From an uncultured delta proteobacterium (lineage in GTDB: Bacteria; Desulfobacterota; Binatia; Binatales; Binataceae), in NCBI GenBank assembly GCA_963842085.1, contig CAWJET010000002.1, forward strand, positions 192,001-256,000: 64,000 nucleotides of DNA, in the 5' to 3' direction. Each line of letters starts with the position of its first letter. Position 1 is the stretch's first letter. Below are positions 18,595 to 28,951 of the stretch, one piece after another. Below the pieces are notes generated by a model that ran no database searches, was not told where the DNA came from, and was given only the letters and a program-made list of their open reading frames with translations. Both the position numbers and the translations under genes were made by a program.

Positions 18595-19095
18595 CTAGCG
18601 AATCTTGACGGCGGGCCGCTCCGCCGGCGGACGGCTGCGCTTGCCACGCACCGGCCGTAGCGCGCGAAGGAAGCTCAGCACGGCCTCGGCTTCAGATCGC
18701 ACTGCGTCGGGATCGTGCCCGGCCTGCTCGAGCTCCTTCTCGACCTCCGCGACTGTCTTCGCCCAGTTGTTTTTGTACTTGCGATTGAGTTCCTTCCACG
18801 CCACTCCCGCCAGCGCGTCGGTCACGTTCGCCGGCGGACGGTAGAATCCGCGCGCGAGCAGCACCGCGATCGCAGGATAGCCGACGTAGCCCTGCCAGTA
18901 AGACGCGTTGTCGTTTGACGCGATCTCGCGCCCGTCCGCCGACGTCTCCACTTCGTAAGTCTTCGACCCGTCCGACGAGGTCACCGTTGCCCGCCGCTCG
19001 TCCTCGATTCGCACACGGCCGTCGCCAATCGCACCCAGCGCTTCGTACACTTTCACGAGCGGCGGCATTTTCCATTGCGTCGCTGGCATAGCCAT
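18595..19095 (-). CDS. Conserved hypothetical protein
   Basis: Natural-looking protein (PPLVKVYEALGAIGDGRV..SSDGSKTY..SNDNASYWQGYVGYPAIA) that fills the gap between neighbours. Confidence 0.75.
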   Translation of the reverse strand: MAMPATQWKMPPLVKVYEALGAIGDGRVRIEDERRATVTSSDGSKTYEVETSADGREIASNDNASYWQGYVGYPAIAVLLARGFYRPPANVTDALAGVAWKELNRKYKNNWAKTVAEVEKELEQAGHDPDAVRSEAEAVLSFLRALRPVRGKRSRPPAERPAVKIR

Positions 19096-19146
19096 CTCTA
19101 TTCGATCATATTCGACATCACGTCAATCAAGCTGGAGATTGCGGCG

Positions 19147-19596
19147 ATGGCTAATCCACCAATCGGCAAACTCGACCATATCGGGATCGCGGTTAAGAGC
19201 GTCGCCGAGGCGCGCAAGTTTTTCGAGGACGTTCTGGGCGCCAGCTTTATGTTTGAGGCCGCCAATGAGGCGGCCGGCTACAAGCTTGCCGCGTTCGATC
19301 TGAGCGGGCTGTCAATCGAGCTGCTGGAGCCGCTCGGCGCGAATTCGTTCCTGCACAAGTTCCTCGAAAAGCGCGGCGAAGGGATGCATCATCTGACGTT
19401 CAACGTCCCCGACTGCAAAGCGAAAACTGCCGAGCTGAAAGAGCAGGGCGTCCGAATCGTCGACGAAACCCAATGGTCGCCCACCAGTTTCGAGTGCTTC
19501 ATCTCGCCGCGCGCCGCGCATGGCGTGTTGATCCAGCTGGGCTCCGGCTATCCAACGCTCAACAGCGATCCTGCCTGGACCAGAAAAAAGAATTAG
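19147..19596 (+). CDS. VOC-family protein, methylmalonyl-CoA epimerase-like
   Basis: LDHIGIAV, IELLEP, GEGMHHL and HGVLIQL motifs; GGAG SD. Confidence 0.85.
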   Translation: MANPPIGKLDHIGIAVKSVAEARKFFEDVLGASFMFEAANEAAGYKLAAFDLSGLSIELLEPLGANSFLHKFLEKRGEGMHHLTFNVPDCKAKTAELKEQGVRIVDETQWSPTSFECFISPRAAHGVLIQLGSGYPTLNSDPAWTRKKN

Positions 19597-19622
19597 GCCT
19601 CTCCCACCAAAAAGTTCTAACA

Positions 19623-19711
19623 GGGACGAAGTCCCGCATCTTTTCTTTTTAATGCTGGGTGCAGGGGTCACTCGTGCCCCAAGGAAGCGTGAAACCCACG
19701 GTGGGTTTCAC
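19623..19711. repeat. Cluster of short hairpins (possible terminator plus REP-like element) upstream of argS
   Basis: GGGAC-GAA-GTCCC followed by a T-tract; GGGGTCAC-TC-GTGCCCC; perfect GTGAAACCCAC-G-GTGGGTTTCAC (19689-19711). Confidence 0.5.
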
Positions 19712-19795
19712 ATTCAATAACGTGACTCACCCGCGCCGCCTTAACATGACCGCGTCTATCTGACACGATTGCTGCACGGACCCGCGACTTCACCG

Positions 19796-21478
19796 ATGAA
19801 AGAACTGATCGTCTCCATCCTTCGTGACGCGATCGAGCGGGCGCGCGCCGCGGGTCAGTTGTCCGCCGAAACTCCGTCGATCGGAATCGAAGCGCCGCGC
19901 GACTCCGCGCACGGCGACATCGCCTCGAACATCGCGCTGACTCTTGCGAAACCGGAGCGCAAACCGCCGCGCGCGATCGCCGAGATTATCAAGTCGCGCG
20001 TCACGTTGCCCGCGGAAGTGAGCGAAGTCTCGGTCGCCGGTCCCGGCTTCATCAATTTCAAGATGTCGCCCGCGTACTGGCAGTCCGAGATGCGCCGCGC
20101 CGCGAGCGCAGGCCGGGCCTTCTGGAAGCCGCGCGCATGGGAGCTACGTCCAGGCGCCAGTGAAGAGAAAAAAGTCCAGGTCGAGTTTCTTTCCGCCAAT
20201 CCCACCGGCCCGCTGACTGTCGGCCACGGGCGCAACGCCGTGCTCGGCGACACAATCGCGCGCCTCTACGAAGCTGCGGGCTTCGACGTCACGCGCGAAT
20301 ACTACTTCAACGACGGCGGCCGCCAGATGAAGCTGCTCGGCGAATCCGTCCGCGTGCGCTACCTGCAGGCGCACGGCATCGACGCGACGATGCCCGAAGA
20401 CGGCTACCAGGGCGAGTACATCATAGACATCGCGCGCGCTCTGAAAGCCGAGCGCGGCGACGCGCTGGTGCCCGTTACCGACCTCGAGATTTTCCGCGCG
20501 GTGGCCGTCAAAGCCATCTTCGCCGACATCAGCCAGACTTGCACGCGACTCGGAATCCGCTTCGGTGTCTTCACCAACGAGCTGGATCTCTTCAACGCGG
20601 GCCTGGTTGACGCTGTCCTCAAGGCTCTGCACGACGCCGGCCTCACCTTCGAGCAGGACGGCGCCGTCTGGCTGCGCGGCGAGCCATTGGGACTTCCCAA
20701 GGACGCCGTGCTGGTGCGCTCTGGCCCCGACCGCCAGCCCACCTATCGCACGCCCGACATCGCCTATCATATCGAGAAGCTCAAGCGCGGCTTCGACTTG
20801 ATCGTGGACGTGTTCGGCGCCGATCATATTGCCGAGCATCAGGAAGTCGTCGCCGCCGTCAAGGCGCTCGGCTACGACACGACTCGCATCCGCGCGATCA
20901 TCTATCAATTCGTGACTCTGACGCGCGGTGGTGAAAAGGTCAAAATGTCCACGCGCAAGGCGACATACGTCACGCTCGACGAGTTGGTTGACGAGGTCGG
21001 CGCCGATGTGGTGCGATTTTTTTTCCTGTTTCGCAAGTCCGACAGCCAGCTCGATTTCGATCTCGAGCTCGCCAAAAAACAGGCGCCCGAAAATCCCGTC
21101 TTCTACGTCCAGTACGCGCACGCACGCCTGGCCAGCATCTTTCGCGAAGGCGCGGCGAAAGACTTGACGCTGCCCGTGGAGACGTCGGCCATCGATCTGA
21201 ATCTGCTCGGCGCCGAGGAATTCGACCTCGCCAAGCGCGCGGTTGGACTCCCCGACGTCATGTCCGCGGCGGCTGAGGCGCTCGAGCCGCATCGGATTCC
21301 CTTCTACCTGCTCGAGCTGGCGGGCGAGTTCCATCGCTACTACAACAAGCCCGCGAATCGTATAATCGGTCCGGATCGCGAGCTCAGTTTGGCGCGGATG
21401 TTCATGGCGCGGATTCTGAAAGATGCGATTGCGGGCGGACTCGAATTGCTCGGGGTAAGCGCTCCAGAGCGGATGTGA
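19796..21478 (+). CDS. argS: Arginine--tRNA ligase
   Basis: VEFLSANPTGPLTVGHGR (HIGH-like), KMSTRK and NPVFYVQYAHAR motifs. Confidence 0.97.
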   Translation: MKELIVSILRDAIERARAAGQLSAETPSIGIEAPRDSAHGDIASNIALTLAKPERKPPRAIAEIIKSRVTLPAEVSEVSVAGPGFINFKMSPAYWQSEMRRAASAGRAFWKPRAWELRPGASEEKKVQVEFLSANPTGPLTVGHGRNAVLGDTIARLYEAAGFDVTREYYFNDGGRQMKLLGESVRVRYLQAHGIDATMPEDGYQGEYIIDIARALKAERGDALVPVTDLEIFRAVAVKAIFADISQTCTRLGIRFGVFTNELDLFNAGLVDAVLKALHDAGLTFEQDGAVWLRGEPLGLPKDAVLVRSGPDRQPTYRTPDIAYHIEKLKRGFDLIVDVFGADHIAEHQEVVAAVKALGYDTTRIRAIIYQFVTLTRGGEKVKMSTRKATYVTLDELVDEVGADVVRFFFLFRKSDSQLDFDLELAKKQAPENPVFYVQYAHARLASIFREGAAKDLTLPVETSAIDLNLLGAEEFDLAKRAVGLPDVMSAAAEALEPHRIPFYLLELAGEFHRYYNKPANRIIGPDRELSLARMFMARILKDAIAGGLELLGVSAPERM

Positions 21479-21485
21479 GGGTGGG

Positions 21486-22166
21486 ATGCGATTCGAAATC
21501 AGGGCGGGCGGCGGATTTCTAATCTTACTCGGTTTGGTCGGGCTGTCGGGCGCGGTCTTCGCGCTCGGATTGGTCGCGGGCTACGAGATGGCCCGGCAGA
21601 ACCAACCCGACTTGAGTCAAATCTCCTCGACCTACCCGCTGCCGAATCTGCCTGAAAAGCCGGCCCCGGTATCCGAGATGTCGCCTGCGGCCGTCGCGTC
21701 GCCAGCGGTTGCGTCTGCGTCGACGGCGCCTGCCCTCCCGGTCAAATCGCCTGCGCCTGCTATCGGCGAAGCAGAAGCACCGCCGGCTGCGCGCACGTCA
21801 CCCGCCACCGTCGCGCGCCTGAGGCCACCCGCTGAAGCGCCTGCGGTCAATCGTCCCGCGCCTGACGAAGAATCTGACGAGGACACGGAGACCGCTTCGG
21901 CTCCCGCCGCGCCGGCCCACGCCCTTGCTCCCGGCTCGCGGCCCTACAACATCCAGATCGAAGCCGTGATGGACAAAAGCGGGGCGGACGAGATGGTCTC
22001 GCGGCTGAAGACGCTCGGTTACAACGCGCAGGAAGTGAAAGTCGCGCTTAACGGAGAAACCTGGTACCGTGTGCGCGTCGGACCTTACGCCAGCGCCGAA
22101 GAAGCGACCGCCGCGCAGAACAAACTCCGCGAGCAATACCGCCAAGCCTACACGACCTCGCACTGA
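21486..22166 (+). CDS. SPOR-domain cell-division protein (FtsN/DedD-like)
   Basis: N-terminal TM, Pro/Ala linker, C-terminal SPOR (WYRVRVGPY); typical position after argS. Confidence 0.88.
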   Translation: MRFEIRAGGGFLILLGLVGLSGAVFALGLVAGYEMARQNQPDLSQISSTYPLPNLPEKPAPVSEMSPAAVASPAVASASTAPALPVKSPAPAIGEAEAPPAARTSPATVARLRPPAEAPAVNRPAPDEESDEDTETASAPAAPAHALAPGSRPYNIQIEAVMDKSGADEMVSRLKTLGYNAQEVKVALNGETWYRVRVGPYASAEEATAAQNKLREQYRQAYTTSH

Positions 22167-22188
22167 GGCAGGGGCCAGCCCTTGCCGG

Positions 22189-22218
22189 TTGACAATTACA
22201 CGCCTCGCATGGATCATT
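22189..22218 (+). promoter_or_regulatory. Putative sigma70 promoter of the trp operon
   Basis: Perfect TTGACA at 22189-22194; weak -10 (GATCAT/ATCATT) 17-18 bp downstream, just ahead of the leader ORF. Confidence 0.5.
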
Positions 22219-22227
22219 AACCTGAAG

Positions 22228-22308
22228 ATGAATCTCATGAGCCGGAATACTTGCGCGGGATGGTGGGGTTGGCACGTCGATGCACCCGCCTGCGCGCCGG
22301 CTTTGTAA
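22228..22308 (+). CDS. trpL: trp operon leader peptide
   Basis: MNLMSRNTCAGWWGWHVDAPACAPAL* with three Trp codons (WWGW), directly before the attenuator and trpE; alternative start at 22237. Confidence 0.85.
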   Translation: MNLMSRNTCAGWWGWHVDAPACAPAL

Positions 22309-22330
22309 TTCATCGCAAAACCGATTTCTT

Positions 22331-22372
22331 AAAAGGGCCGCGGGCGAAAACCCTGCGGCCCTTTTCTTTTTT
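22331..22372 (+). terminator. trp attenuator (Rho-independent terminator)
   Basis: AAAAGGGCCGCGGG-CGAAAA-CCCTGCGGCCCTTTT followed by CTTTTTT; the 5' arm can alternatively pair with 22287-22304 (antiterminator). Confidence 0.88.
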
Positions 22373-22409
22373 GGAGCGGCGGTATCGGAAGTAAGAGAGA
22401 GGAAACGAG

Positions 22410-23915
22410 ATGTTACAACCGAGTGAAAACGAATTCGAACAACTGGCGGCGAAGGGATTCAACCTCATCCCCGTCTTCGAGGAGGTCGCCGCCGACCTCG
22501 AGACTCCGGTCGCCGCCTTCCTCAAGGTTGCGCGCGACGACTACGCCTTCCTGCTCGAAAGCGTCCGCGGCGGCGAGAAATGGGGCCGCTACACTTTTCT
22601 CGGCTCCGAGCCTTCCGTCGTGATGCGCGCGCGCAAAAATCGCATGGACATCATCCGCCCCGGCCGCGGCGTCGAGGTCCGCTCGGTCGCCAACTCCTTC
22701 GAAGAGTTGCGCGCCGAGGTCAAGCGCTTCCGCGCCCCCGAGCTGCCCAGCCTGCCGCGCTTCTTCGGCGGCGCGGTCGGATTTCTCGCTTACGACATTG
22801 TGCGATGCTTCGAGAAGATCCCCGAGACCGCCAACGACGACCTCGGCACGCCCGATTTCCACCTGATGTTCACCGACACGGTGCTGTGCTTCGACAACGT
22901 CCGCCAGACGCTCAAGATTATCGCCAACGTGCCGGTCGAGGAGTTCGCCTCGACCAAAATGGCGTATCAAAGTGCGCGCGTTAAGATCGACGAGATAATC
23001 GAGCGCCTGAAACGTCCCGCGGTGCCGCCGTTCCTCGAAGGTGCGAGCAACGTCGCAATCAACGACGCGTCCATCACCTCGAACATGACGCGCGAGGGAT
23101 ACATGGCGATGGTTTCCGCGGCCAAGGAATATATCGCGGCCGGCGACGTTATCCAGGTCGTTCCGTCGCAGCGCTTCGAGGCGCCCCTGACCGCGCATCC
23201 GTTCAACATCTACCGCAGTCTGCGCACGATTAACCCGTCGCCCTATATGTTCTACCTGCGCCTGGGCGATCACACGCTGGTCGGCGCGTCGCCCGAAGTG
23301 ATGGTCCGGGTCGAGGGTCGCGAGATCACGCTGCGGCCAATCGCGGGAACTCGCCGCCGCGGCGTGACCGAAGCAGAGGACCGCGAACTCGAAGCCGAGT
23401 TGCTCGCCGATCCCAAGGAACGCGCCGAGCATGTGATGCTGGTCGATCTCGGGCGCAACGACGTCGGCCGCGTCTCCGAAATCGGCTCGGTGAAAGTGAC
23501 GGAGTTGATGGTAGTGGAGCGCTATTCGCACGTGATGCACATAGTCTCGAACGTCACTGGCGTGCTGCGCGAAGGATGCGACGCGTTCGACGCGTTCGCG
23601 GCGACTTTTCCGCAGGGCACAGTCTCGGGTGCGCCGAAAATCCGCGCGATGGAAATTATCGACGAGCTCGAGTCGGTGCGTCGCGGCGTCTACGCCGGCG
23701 CGGTCGGCTATTTCAGCTACACCGGCAACACCGACACCGCGATCGCGCTGCGCACGCTGCTGATCAAGAAGGACCGCGTGTACATCCAGGCGGGCGGCGG
23801 CGTCGTCGCCGACTCGGACCCTGGCGGCGAGTTCGAGGAATCGGTCAACAAGGCTCGCGCGATGGTGCGGGCGCTTCAGGCCGCGCGCGATTTTGAAACC
23901 GCGGCCAGGAGGTAA
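22410..23915 (+). CDS. trpE: Anthranilate synthase component I
   Basis: [31 protein letters not shown] and GAPKIRAM motifs. Confidence 0.97.
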   Translation: MLQPSENEFEQLAAKGFNLIPVFEEVAADLETPVAAFLKVARDDYAFLLESVRGGEKWGRYTFLGSEPSVVMRARKNRMDIIRPGRGVEVRSVANSFEELRAEVKRFRAPELPSLPRFFGGAVGFLAYDIVRCFEKIPETANDDLGTPDFHLMFTDTVLCFDNVRQTLKIIANVPVEEFASTKMAYQSARVKIDEIIERLKRPAVPPFLEGASNVAINDASITSNMTREGYMAMVSAAKEYIAAGDVIQVVPSQRFEAPLTAHPFNIYRSLRTINPSPYMFYLRLGDHTLVGASPEVMVRVEGREITLRPIAGTRRRGVTEAEDRELEAELLADPKERAEHVMLVDLGRNDVGRVSEIGSVKVTELMVVERYSHVMHIVSNVTGVLREGCDAFDAFAATFPQGTVSGAPKIRAMEIIDELESVRRGVYAGAVGYFSYTGNTDTAIALRTLLIKKDRVYIQAGGGVVADSDPGGEFEESVNKARAMVRALQAARDFETAARR

Positions 23916-23920
23916 GTCGC

Positions 23921-24529
23921 ATGGCGGCCAATAGGAACGTTCGAGTCCTGATGATCGACAACTACGACTCGTTTACCTACAACCTCGTGCAGTACCTTGG
24001 CGAGCTCGGTGCCGACGTCACGGTCAAGCGCAACGACGCCATCGACGTCGCCGGCATCCGCGCGTTTCATCCCGCCGCAATTGTCATCTCGCCCGGACCG
24101 TGCACTCCCACCGAGGCCGGAATCTCGCTGACTCTTCTGCGCGAGATGGCGGGCGAAGTTCCGATGCTCGGCGTGTGCCTCGGCCTGCAATGCATCGGGG
24201 AGGCGTTCGGCGGCAAGGTCGTGCGCGCGGATCGCCTGATGCACGGCAAGACCTCGCCGATAATTCACGACGGCAAGACGATTTTCGCGGGCATCCCCAG
24301 TCCGTTCGACGCGATGCGCTATCATTCGCTGGTGGTCGACGCGGCGTCGATTCCGACGGCGCTGGAGGTCAGCGCCCGTACGGCGGAAAACGAAATCATG
24401 GGGCTGCGCCACGAACAGCACGCTGTCGAAGGCGTGCAGTTTCATCCCGAATCGATTCTGACCTTCGAGGGCAAGCATCTGCTGAAAAACTTTCTCGATC
24501 GCATCGATCAGGACGCAACCACGCGATGA
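23921..24529 (+). CDS. trpG: Anthranilate synthase component II (glutamine amidotransferase)
   Basis: [20 protein letters not shown] and QFHPES motifs. Confidence 0.96.
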   Translation: MAANRNVRVLMIDNYDSFTYNLVQYLGELGADVTVKRNDAIDVAGIRAFHPAAIVISPGPCTPTEAGISLTLLREMAGEVPMLGVCLGLQCIGEAFGGKVVRADRLMHGKTSPIIHDGKTIFAGIPSPFDAMRYHSLVVDAASIPTALEVSARTAENEIMGLRHEQHAVEGVQFHPESILTFEGKHLLKNFLDRIDQDATTR

Positions 24530-25548
24530 GCGGGCTCCACGACGCGCTACAAGGCCTCATCGACGGGCGCTCGCTCTCCGACGCCGAGGCCGAACTCGCG
24601 ATCGGCGAGATCATGGACGGCGGTGCGCACGACGCCGTCGTCGGCGCGTTCCTGGTGGCGCTGAAAATCAAAGGTGCAGAGGCCGATGAGCTGGCAGGCG
24701 CAGTGCGCGCGATGCTGAAGCGCGCGCGGCCGCTCAATCTTCGCAATGGCGACGTGCTCGACACCTGCGGCACCGGCGGCGACGGCGCCAGCACCTTCAA
24801 CATCTCGACCGGCGCCGCGCTGATCGCCGCAGCCGCGGGCGTGCCGGTCGCCAAGCATGGAAATCGGGCGATCAGCGGCACAGTCGGCACCGCCGACGTG
24901 CTCGAAGCGATGGGCGTGAAGATCGATTGCGATCCGGACGGGCTGAAACGCTGCCTGGACGCGGCCGGATGCTGCCACATCTTTGCTCAGGCGTATCATC
25001 CCGCGTTCAAGAGGATTGCACCGCTCAGACGCGAGCTTCGAATCCGCACCATCTTCAACTTGATGGGCCCGATCGGCAGTCCCGCGCGTCCGCACTTCCA
25101 TCTATTGGGCGTCGCCGAAGAGAATTTGATGCGGCCAATGGTTAACGCGCTCAAGACGCTCGGTACGCGGCGTTCAATGGTGGTACATGGCGGCGGCGGA
25201 ATCGATGAAATCGCAATCAGCGGCCCGACCAGAGTCGCGGAACTTCGCGACGGTGAGTTGACGGAATATGAAATCACGCCGGAAAGCCTCGGCGTGTCGC
25301 GCGGCGACCATCGCGCGCTGGTGATCGGGAATCTCGACGATGCTGTGCGCGTATTGCACGGCGCGCTTGATGGCGGCGCGGGCCCGGCGCAAGATGTGCT
25401 CGCGCTGAACGGCGGCGCCGCAATCTACGTCGGCGGCAAGGCCGCGTCGCTGAAAGAAGGCGTCGAGGCAGCGTGCGAAATTATCGCCTCGAGCCGCGCC
25501 CTGGAAGTCCTCGACAAGATGCGGCGCGCCAGCAGCGGAATACAATGA
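24526..25548 (+). CDS. trpD: Anthranilate phosphoribosyltransferase
   Basis: [15 protein letters not shown] and KHGNR motifs; ATGA overlap with trpG. Confidence 0.96.
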   Translation: MSGLHDALQGLIDGRSLSDAEAELAIGEIMDGGAHDAVVGAFLVALKIKGAEADELAGAVRAMLKRARPLNLRNGDVLDTCGTGGDGASTFNISTGAALIAAAAGVPVAKHGNRAISGTVGTADVLEAMGVKIDCDPDGLKRCLDAAGCCHIFAQAYHPAFKRIAPLRRELRIRTIFNLMGPIGSPARPHFHLLGVAEENLMRPMVNALKTLGTRRSMVVHGGGGIDEIAISGPTRVAELRDGELTEYEITPESLGVSRGDHRALVIGNLDDAVRVLHGALDGGAGPAQDVLALNGGAAIYVGGKAASLKEGVEAACEIIASSRALEVLDKMRRASSGIQ

Positions 25549-26324
25549 CCTCAATCCTCGACAATATTTACGCCGCCAAACGCATCGAAGTGCGCGCTCG
25601 ACGCGCGGTCGTGTCGCCGATGGCGATTGCTGCCGAGGCGGGGCGAGCGCCCAAGCCGCGCGATTTTGCTGCAGCGTTGCGCATTAGGCGTCCCGCGATA
25701 ATCGCGGAGATCAAGCGCGCTTCGCCGAGCAAGGGCGACATCATGCCGGGACTCGATCCGGCCAACGTTGCTCGCGAGTATATCGCCGCCGGCGCCGCCG
25801 CGATCTCCGTTCTGACTGACGTCCATTTCAAGGGCACGCTCGACGACTTGTGTGCCGTCCGCGCCGCCGTCGATGTTCCGCTGCTACGCAAAGATTTCAT
25901 CTTCGAGCCGTACCAGGTTTACGAGGCGCGCGCGGCTGGCGCGGATTGCATTCTGTTGATCGCCGCGATGCTGAAGGAAGGCGAGCTGCGATCGCTGGCA
26001 GCCCTCGCGCGTGAGCTTGGGATGGCGACGCTGGTCGAATCGCACGACGCCGCGGAGTTAGCGCTCGCGGAGAAAATCGGCGCGGGTTTGATCGGCATCA
26101 ATAACCGCGACTTGCATACTTTCGTTACCAACATCGCGGTGACCGAGCGCCTGCTCGCGGGTTACAAGGGCGACGCAGTGATTGTTACGGAAAGCGGAAT
26201 CGATACGCCCGGCGATATTCGCCGGCTCGACGCGGCGGGTGCGCGCGCGTTTCTAATCGGCGAGAGCCTGCTGAAGGGCGGTACGCCGGGCGTGAAGCTA
26301 GGGGAGTTGATGCGCGCACTATGA
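25545..26324 (+). CDS. trpC: Indole-3-glycerol phosphate synthase
   Basis: IAEIKRASPSKG, LRKDF, GINNRDL and ESGI motifs. Confidence 0.96.
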   Translation: MTSILDNIYAAKRIEVRARRAVVSPMAIAAEAGRAPKPRDFAAALRIRRPAIIAEIKRASPSKGDIMPGLDPANVAREYIAAGAAAISVLTDVHFKGTLDDLCAVRAAVDVPLLRKDFIFEPYQVYEARAAGADCILLIAAMLKEGELRSLAALARELGMATLVESHDAAELALAEKIGAGLIGINNRDLHTFVTNIAVTERLLAGYKGDAVIVTESGIDTPGDIRRLDAAGARAFLIGESLLKGGTPGVKLGELMRAL

Positions 26325-26929
26325 CAGTCCGCGTGAAAATTTGCGGCATCACGCGCGTCGAAGACGCGCACGCGGCGATCGCAGCCGGCGCCGATATGAT
26401 TGGCCTGAATTTCTACGCGCAGAGTCCGCGTTACATCGAGGTTGATCGCGCTATCGAGATTCGCGCGGCGATTGGCTCGCGCGCCACGATTGTCGGAGTG
26501 TTCGTGAATGCGGAGCGCGCCTACATAGCTGAGCGATTGCGCTCTGTTTCGCTCGATATGATCCAGTTCTCCGGCGACGAAGATGAGCCGGCGCTCGCGG
26601 GCTGGCCGGTACCGTCAATTGTCACGCGGCGGCTGAAGCCTGATGAAGCGATGAACGTAAGTCCTTACCGCGCGGACTATGTGCTGTTCGACGCCTTCGA
26701 CACGAAGCTCCACGGCGGCACTGGGAGCCGTATTCCGCTGGCTCAACTTCGCCGGCTTGACCTGAGCCGTGCGTTCGTCGCCGGCGGATTGAGTCCTGAC
26801 AACGTTGCCGAGGTGGCCGCGCTCGAACCTTACGCGGTCGATTGCGCCAGCGGCGTGGAGTCGGCACCGGGCGTAAAGGACCACAATAAACTCAGGAGGT
26901 TCGTCAACAATGCAAAACGTTCCCGATAG
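26321..26929 (+). CDS. trpF: Phosphoribosylanthranilate isomerase
   Basis: VKICGIT, GGTG, AGGL and VDCASGVE motifs. Confidence 0.96.
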   Translation: MTVRVKICGITRVEDAHAAIAAGADMIGLNFYAQSPRYIEVDRAIEIRAAIGSRATIVGVFVNAERAYIAERLRSVSLDMIQFSGDEDEPALAGWPVPSIVTRRLKPDEAMNVSPYRADYVLFDAFDTKLHGGTGSRIPLAQLRRLDLSRAFVAGGLSPDNVAEVAALEPYAVDCASGVESAPGVKDHNKLRRFVNNAKRSR

Positions 26930-28103
26930 CCGCGGTCATTTCGGCCAGTTCGGCGGAAAGTACGTCGCCGAAACCCTGATGCCCGCGCTGTTCGAGCTTG
27001 AGAGCGCTTACAAGCAGGCACGCCGCGATCCGACGTTTCGCGACGAGCTCGAGCGGCGCTCGCGCGAGTTCGTCGGACGTCCGACTCCGCTCTACCTGTG
27101 CGAAAATCTCACGGCTCGGCTCGGCGGCGCAAAGATTTATTTGAAGCGCGAGGACCTCTGCCACACCGGCGCGCACAAGGTGAACAACACGCTCGGGCAG
27201 GCGCTGCTGGCGGTGCGCATGAACAAGTCGCGCATCACCGCCGAGACCGGCGCGGGGCAGCACGGCGTCGCGACGGCGACGATGGCGGCGCTGTTTCGCC
27301 GCGAATGCGAAGTCTTCATGGGGTCGGTGGACGTCGAGCGTCAATCGCTTAACGTCTTTCGGATGAAGCTGCTCGGCGCGAAGGTCACGCCCGTCGAGGG
27401 CGGCAGCAAGAGCCTCAAGGACGCAATGAACGAGGCGCTGCGCGACTGGATCGCGACCGTGCGCAACACTTACTATCTGATTGGGACGACGGCGGGGCCG
27501 CATCCGTACCCGATGATCGTGCGCGACTTCCAGGCAGTCATCGGGCGCGAGGCTCGCCGCCAGATTCTCAAACACGAAGGGCGCCTGCCCGACGTGCTGG
27601 TCGCGTGCGTCAACGGCGGCTCGAACGCGATTGGGCTGTTCTACCCGTTTATCAAAGATACCAATGTGAAGATGATTGGCGTCGAGGCCGCCGGTCTCGG
27701 CATCAGCGGACCGCATCATGCGGCCACGATCACGGCGGGCAGCGTCGGCGTTCTGCACGGCAACAAAACCTACCTGCTGCAGGACGAGCTCGGGCAGATT
27801 CGCGAGACGCATTCGATCGCCGCGGGACTCGATTACCCGGGCGTCGGCCCCGAGCATTCGTGGCTGAACGACGTGGGCCGCGCCGAGTATACGTCGGTGA
27901 CCGACGCCGAGGCGCTCGACGCGTTGAAGACGCTGTCGGAGACCGAGGGAATTATCCCGGCGCTCGAGAGTTCGCATGCGGTCGCGCACGCAATCAAGCT
28001 GGCGCCGCAAATGGCGAAGGAACAAATCATGATCGTGAATCTGTCGGGGCGCGGCGACAAGGACATGCAAACGGTCGCCAAGGCGTTCGGAGTGACGGTG
28101 TAA
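26910..28103 (+). CDS. trpB: Tryptophan synthase beta chain
   Basis: [35 protein letters not shown] and NLSGRGDKD motifs. Confidence 0.98.
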   Translation: MQNVPDSRGHFGQFGGKYVAETLMPALFELESAYKQARRDPTFRDELERRSREFVGRPTPLYLCENLTARLGGAKIYLKREDLCHTGAHKVNNTLGQALLAVRMNKSRITAETGAGQHGVATATMAALFRRECEVFMGSVDVERQSLNVFRMKLLGAKVTPVEGGSKSLKDAMNEALRDWIATVRNTYYLIGTTAGPHPYPMIVRDFQAVIGREARRQILKHEGRLPDVLVACVNGGSNAIGLFYPFIKDTNVKMIGVEAAGLGISGPHHAATITAGSVGVLHGNKTYLLQDELGQIRETHSIAAGLDYPGVGPEHSWLNDVGRAEYTSVTDAEALDALKTLSETEGIIPALESSHAVAHAIKLAPQMAKEQIMIVNLSGRGDKDMQTVAKAFGVTV

Positions 28104-28106
28104 GCC

Positions 28107-28946
28107 ATGACAGCGGCGCGCAGAATCAAACGTAAATTTCGTGAGTTGCGCGCGCGCGGCGAGGCGGCGCTGATCCCGTTCATCGTTGCGGGCGATCCCG
28201 ATATGGAGACGACGCGCAGGCTGGTGCTCGAACTCGAGGCTCGCGGCGCTGACTTGATCGAGCTGGGCGTGCCGTTTTCCGATCCGATGGCCGACGGACC
28301 CGCCAACCAGCGCGCGCTGGCGCGCGGACTGGGCGCGGGCGCGTCGCTGGCGGCGATTCTCTCGATGGTGAGCGAGCTGCGCGCGCAGACGCAGATTCCG
28401 CTGATCCTGTTCGGGTACTTCAACCCGATCTTTCATTACGGATGCGAGCGGTTGTGCGCGGACGCCGCGCGCGCGGGTATCGACGCGTTGCTGGTGATCG
28501 ATCTGCCGCCCGAGGAAGCCGGCGAGCTCAAGCGCCCCGCCCGCGCCAACGGTCTCGACCTCATCTACCTGCTCGCGCCGACGACGCCGCTGGACCGGAG
28601 CCGCGCGATCGCGCGCTCGGCCAGCGGCTTCCTCTACTATGTTTCGGTGACGGGAGTGACCGGCGCGCGCGCGCATCTCGACACGGGCATCGCCGAGCAC
28701 ATGCGCGAGCTGCGCAGCGTGACCGATCTGCCAATCGGCGTTGGCTTTGGCATCTCAACGCCCGAGCAGGCGGCCAAAGTTGCGACGATGGCGGACGCGG
28801 TCGTCGTCGGCAGCGCCATATCGTTGTTGATCGAGGCGCACATCGCATCGGGCGACGTGCCGGAGGCGGTGGGCGGGATGGTCGAGGCGATGAAGGACGC
28901 GATGAAGTCGGCGCATCGCACCGAGCGCGCGCCGGCCGCGGGGTAA
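28107..28946 (+). CDS. trpA: Tryptophan synthase alpha chain
   Basis: ELGVPFSDPMADGP, GVTG and GFGIS motifs. Confidence 0.97.
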   Translation: MTAARRIKRKFRELRARGEAALIPFIVAGDPDMETTRRLVLELEARGADLIELGVPFSDPMADGPANQRALARGLGAGASLAAILSMVSELRAQTQIPLILFGYFNPIFHYGCERLCADAARAGIDALLVIDLPPEEAGELKRPARANGLDLIYLLAPTTPLDRSRAIARSASGFLYYVSVTGVTGARAHLDTGIAEHMRELRSVTDLPIGVGFGISTPEQAAKVATMADAVVVGSAISLLIEAHIASGDVPEAVGGMVEAMKDAMKSAHRTERAPAAG

Positions 28947-28951
28947 TGCGA

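Noticed and set aside
19597-19795. T-box leader for argS
   Set aside because: No T-box consensus (AAnnnGGGTGGnACC) or specifier stem; only short hairpins.
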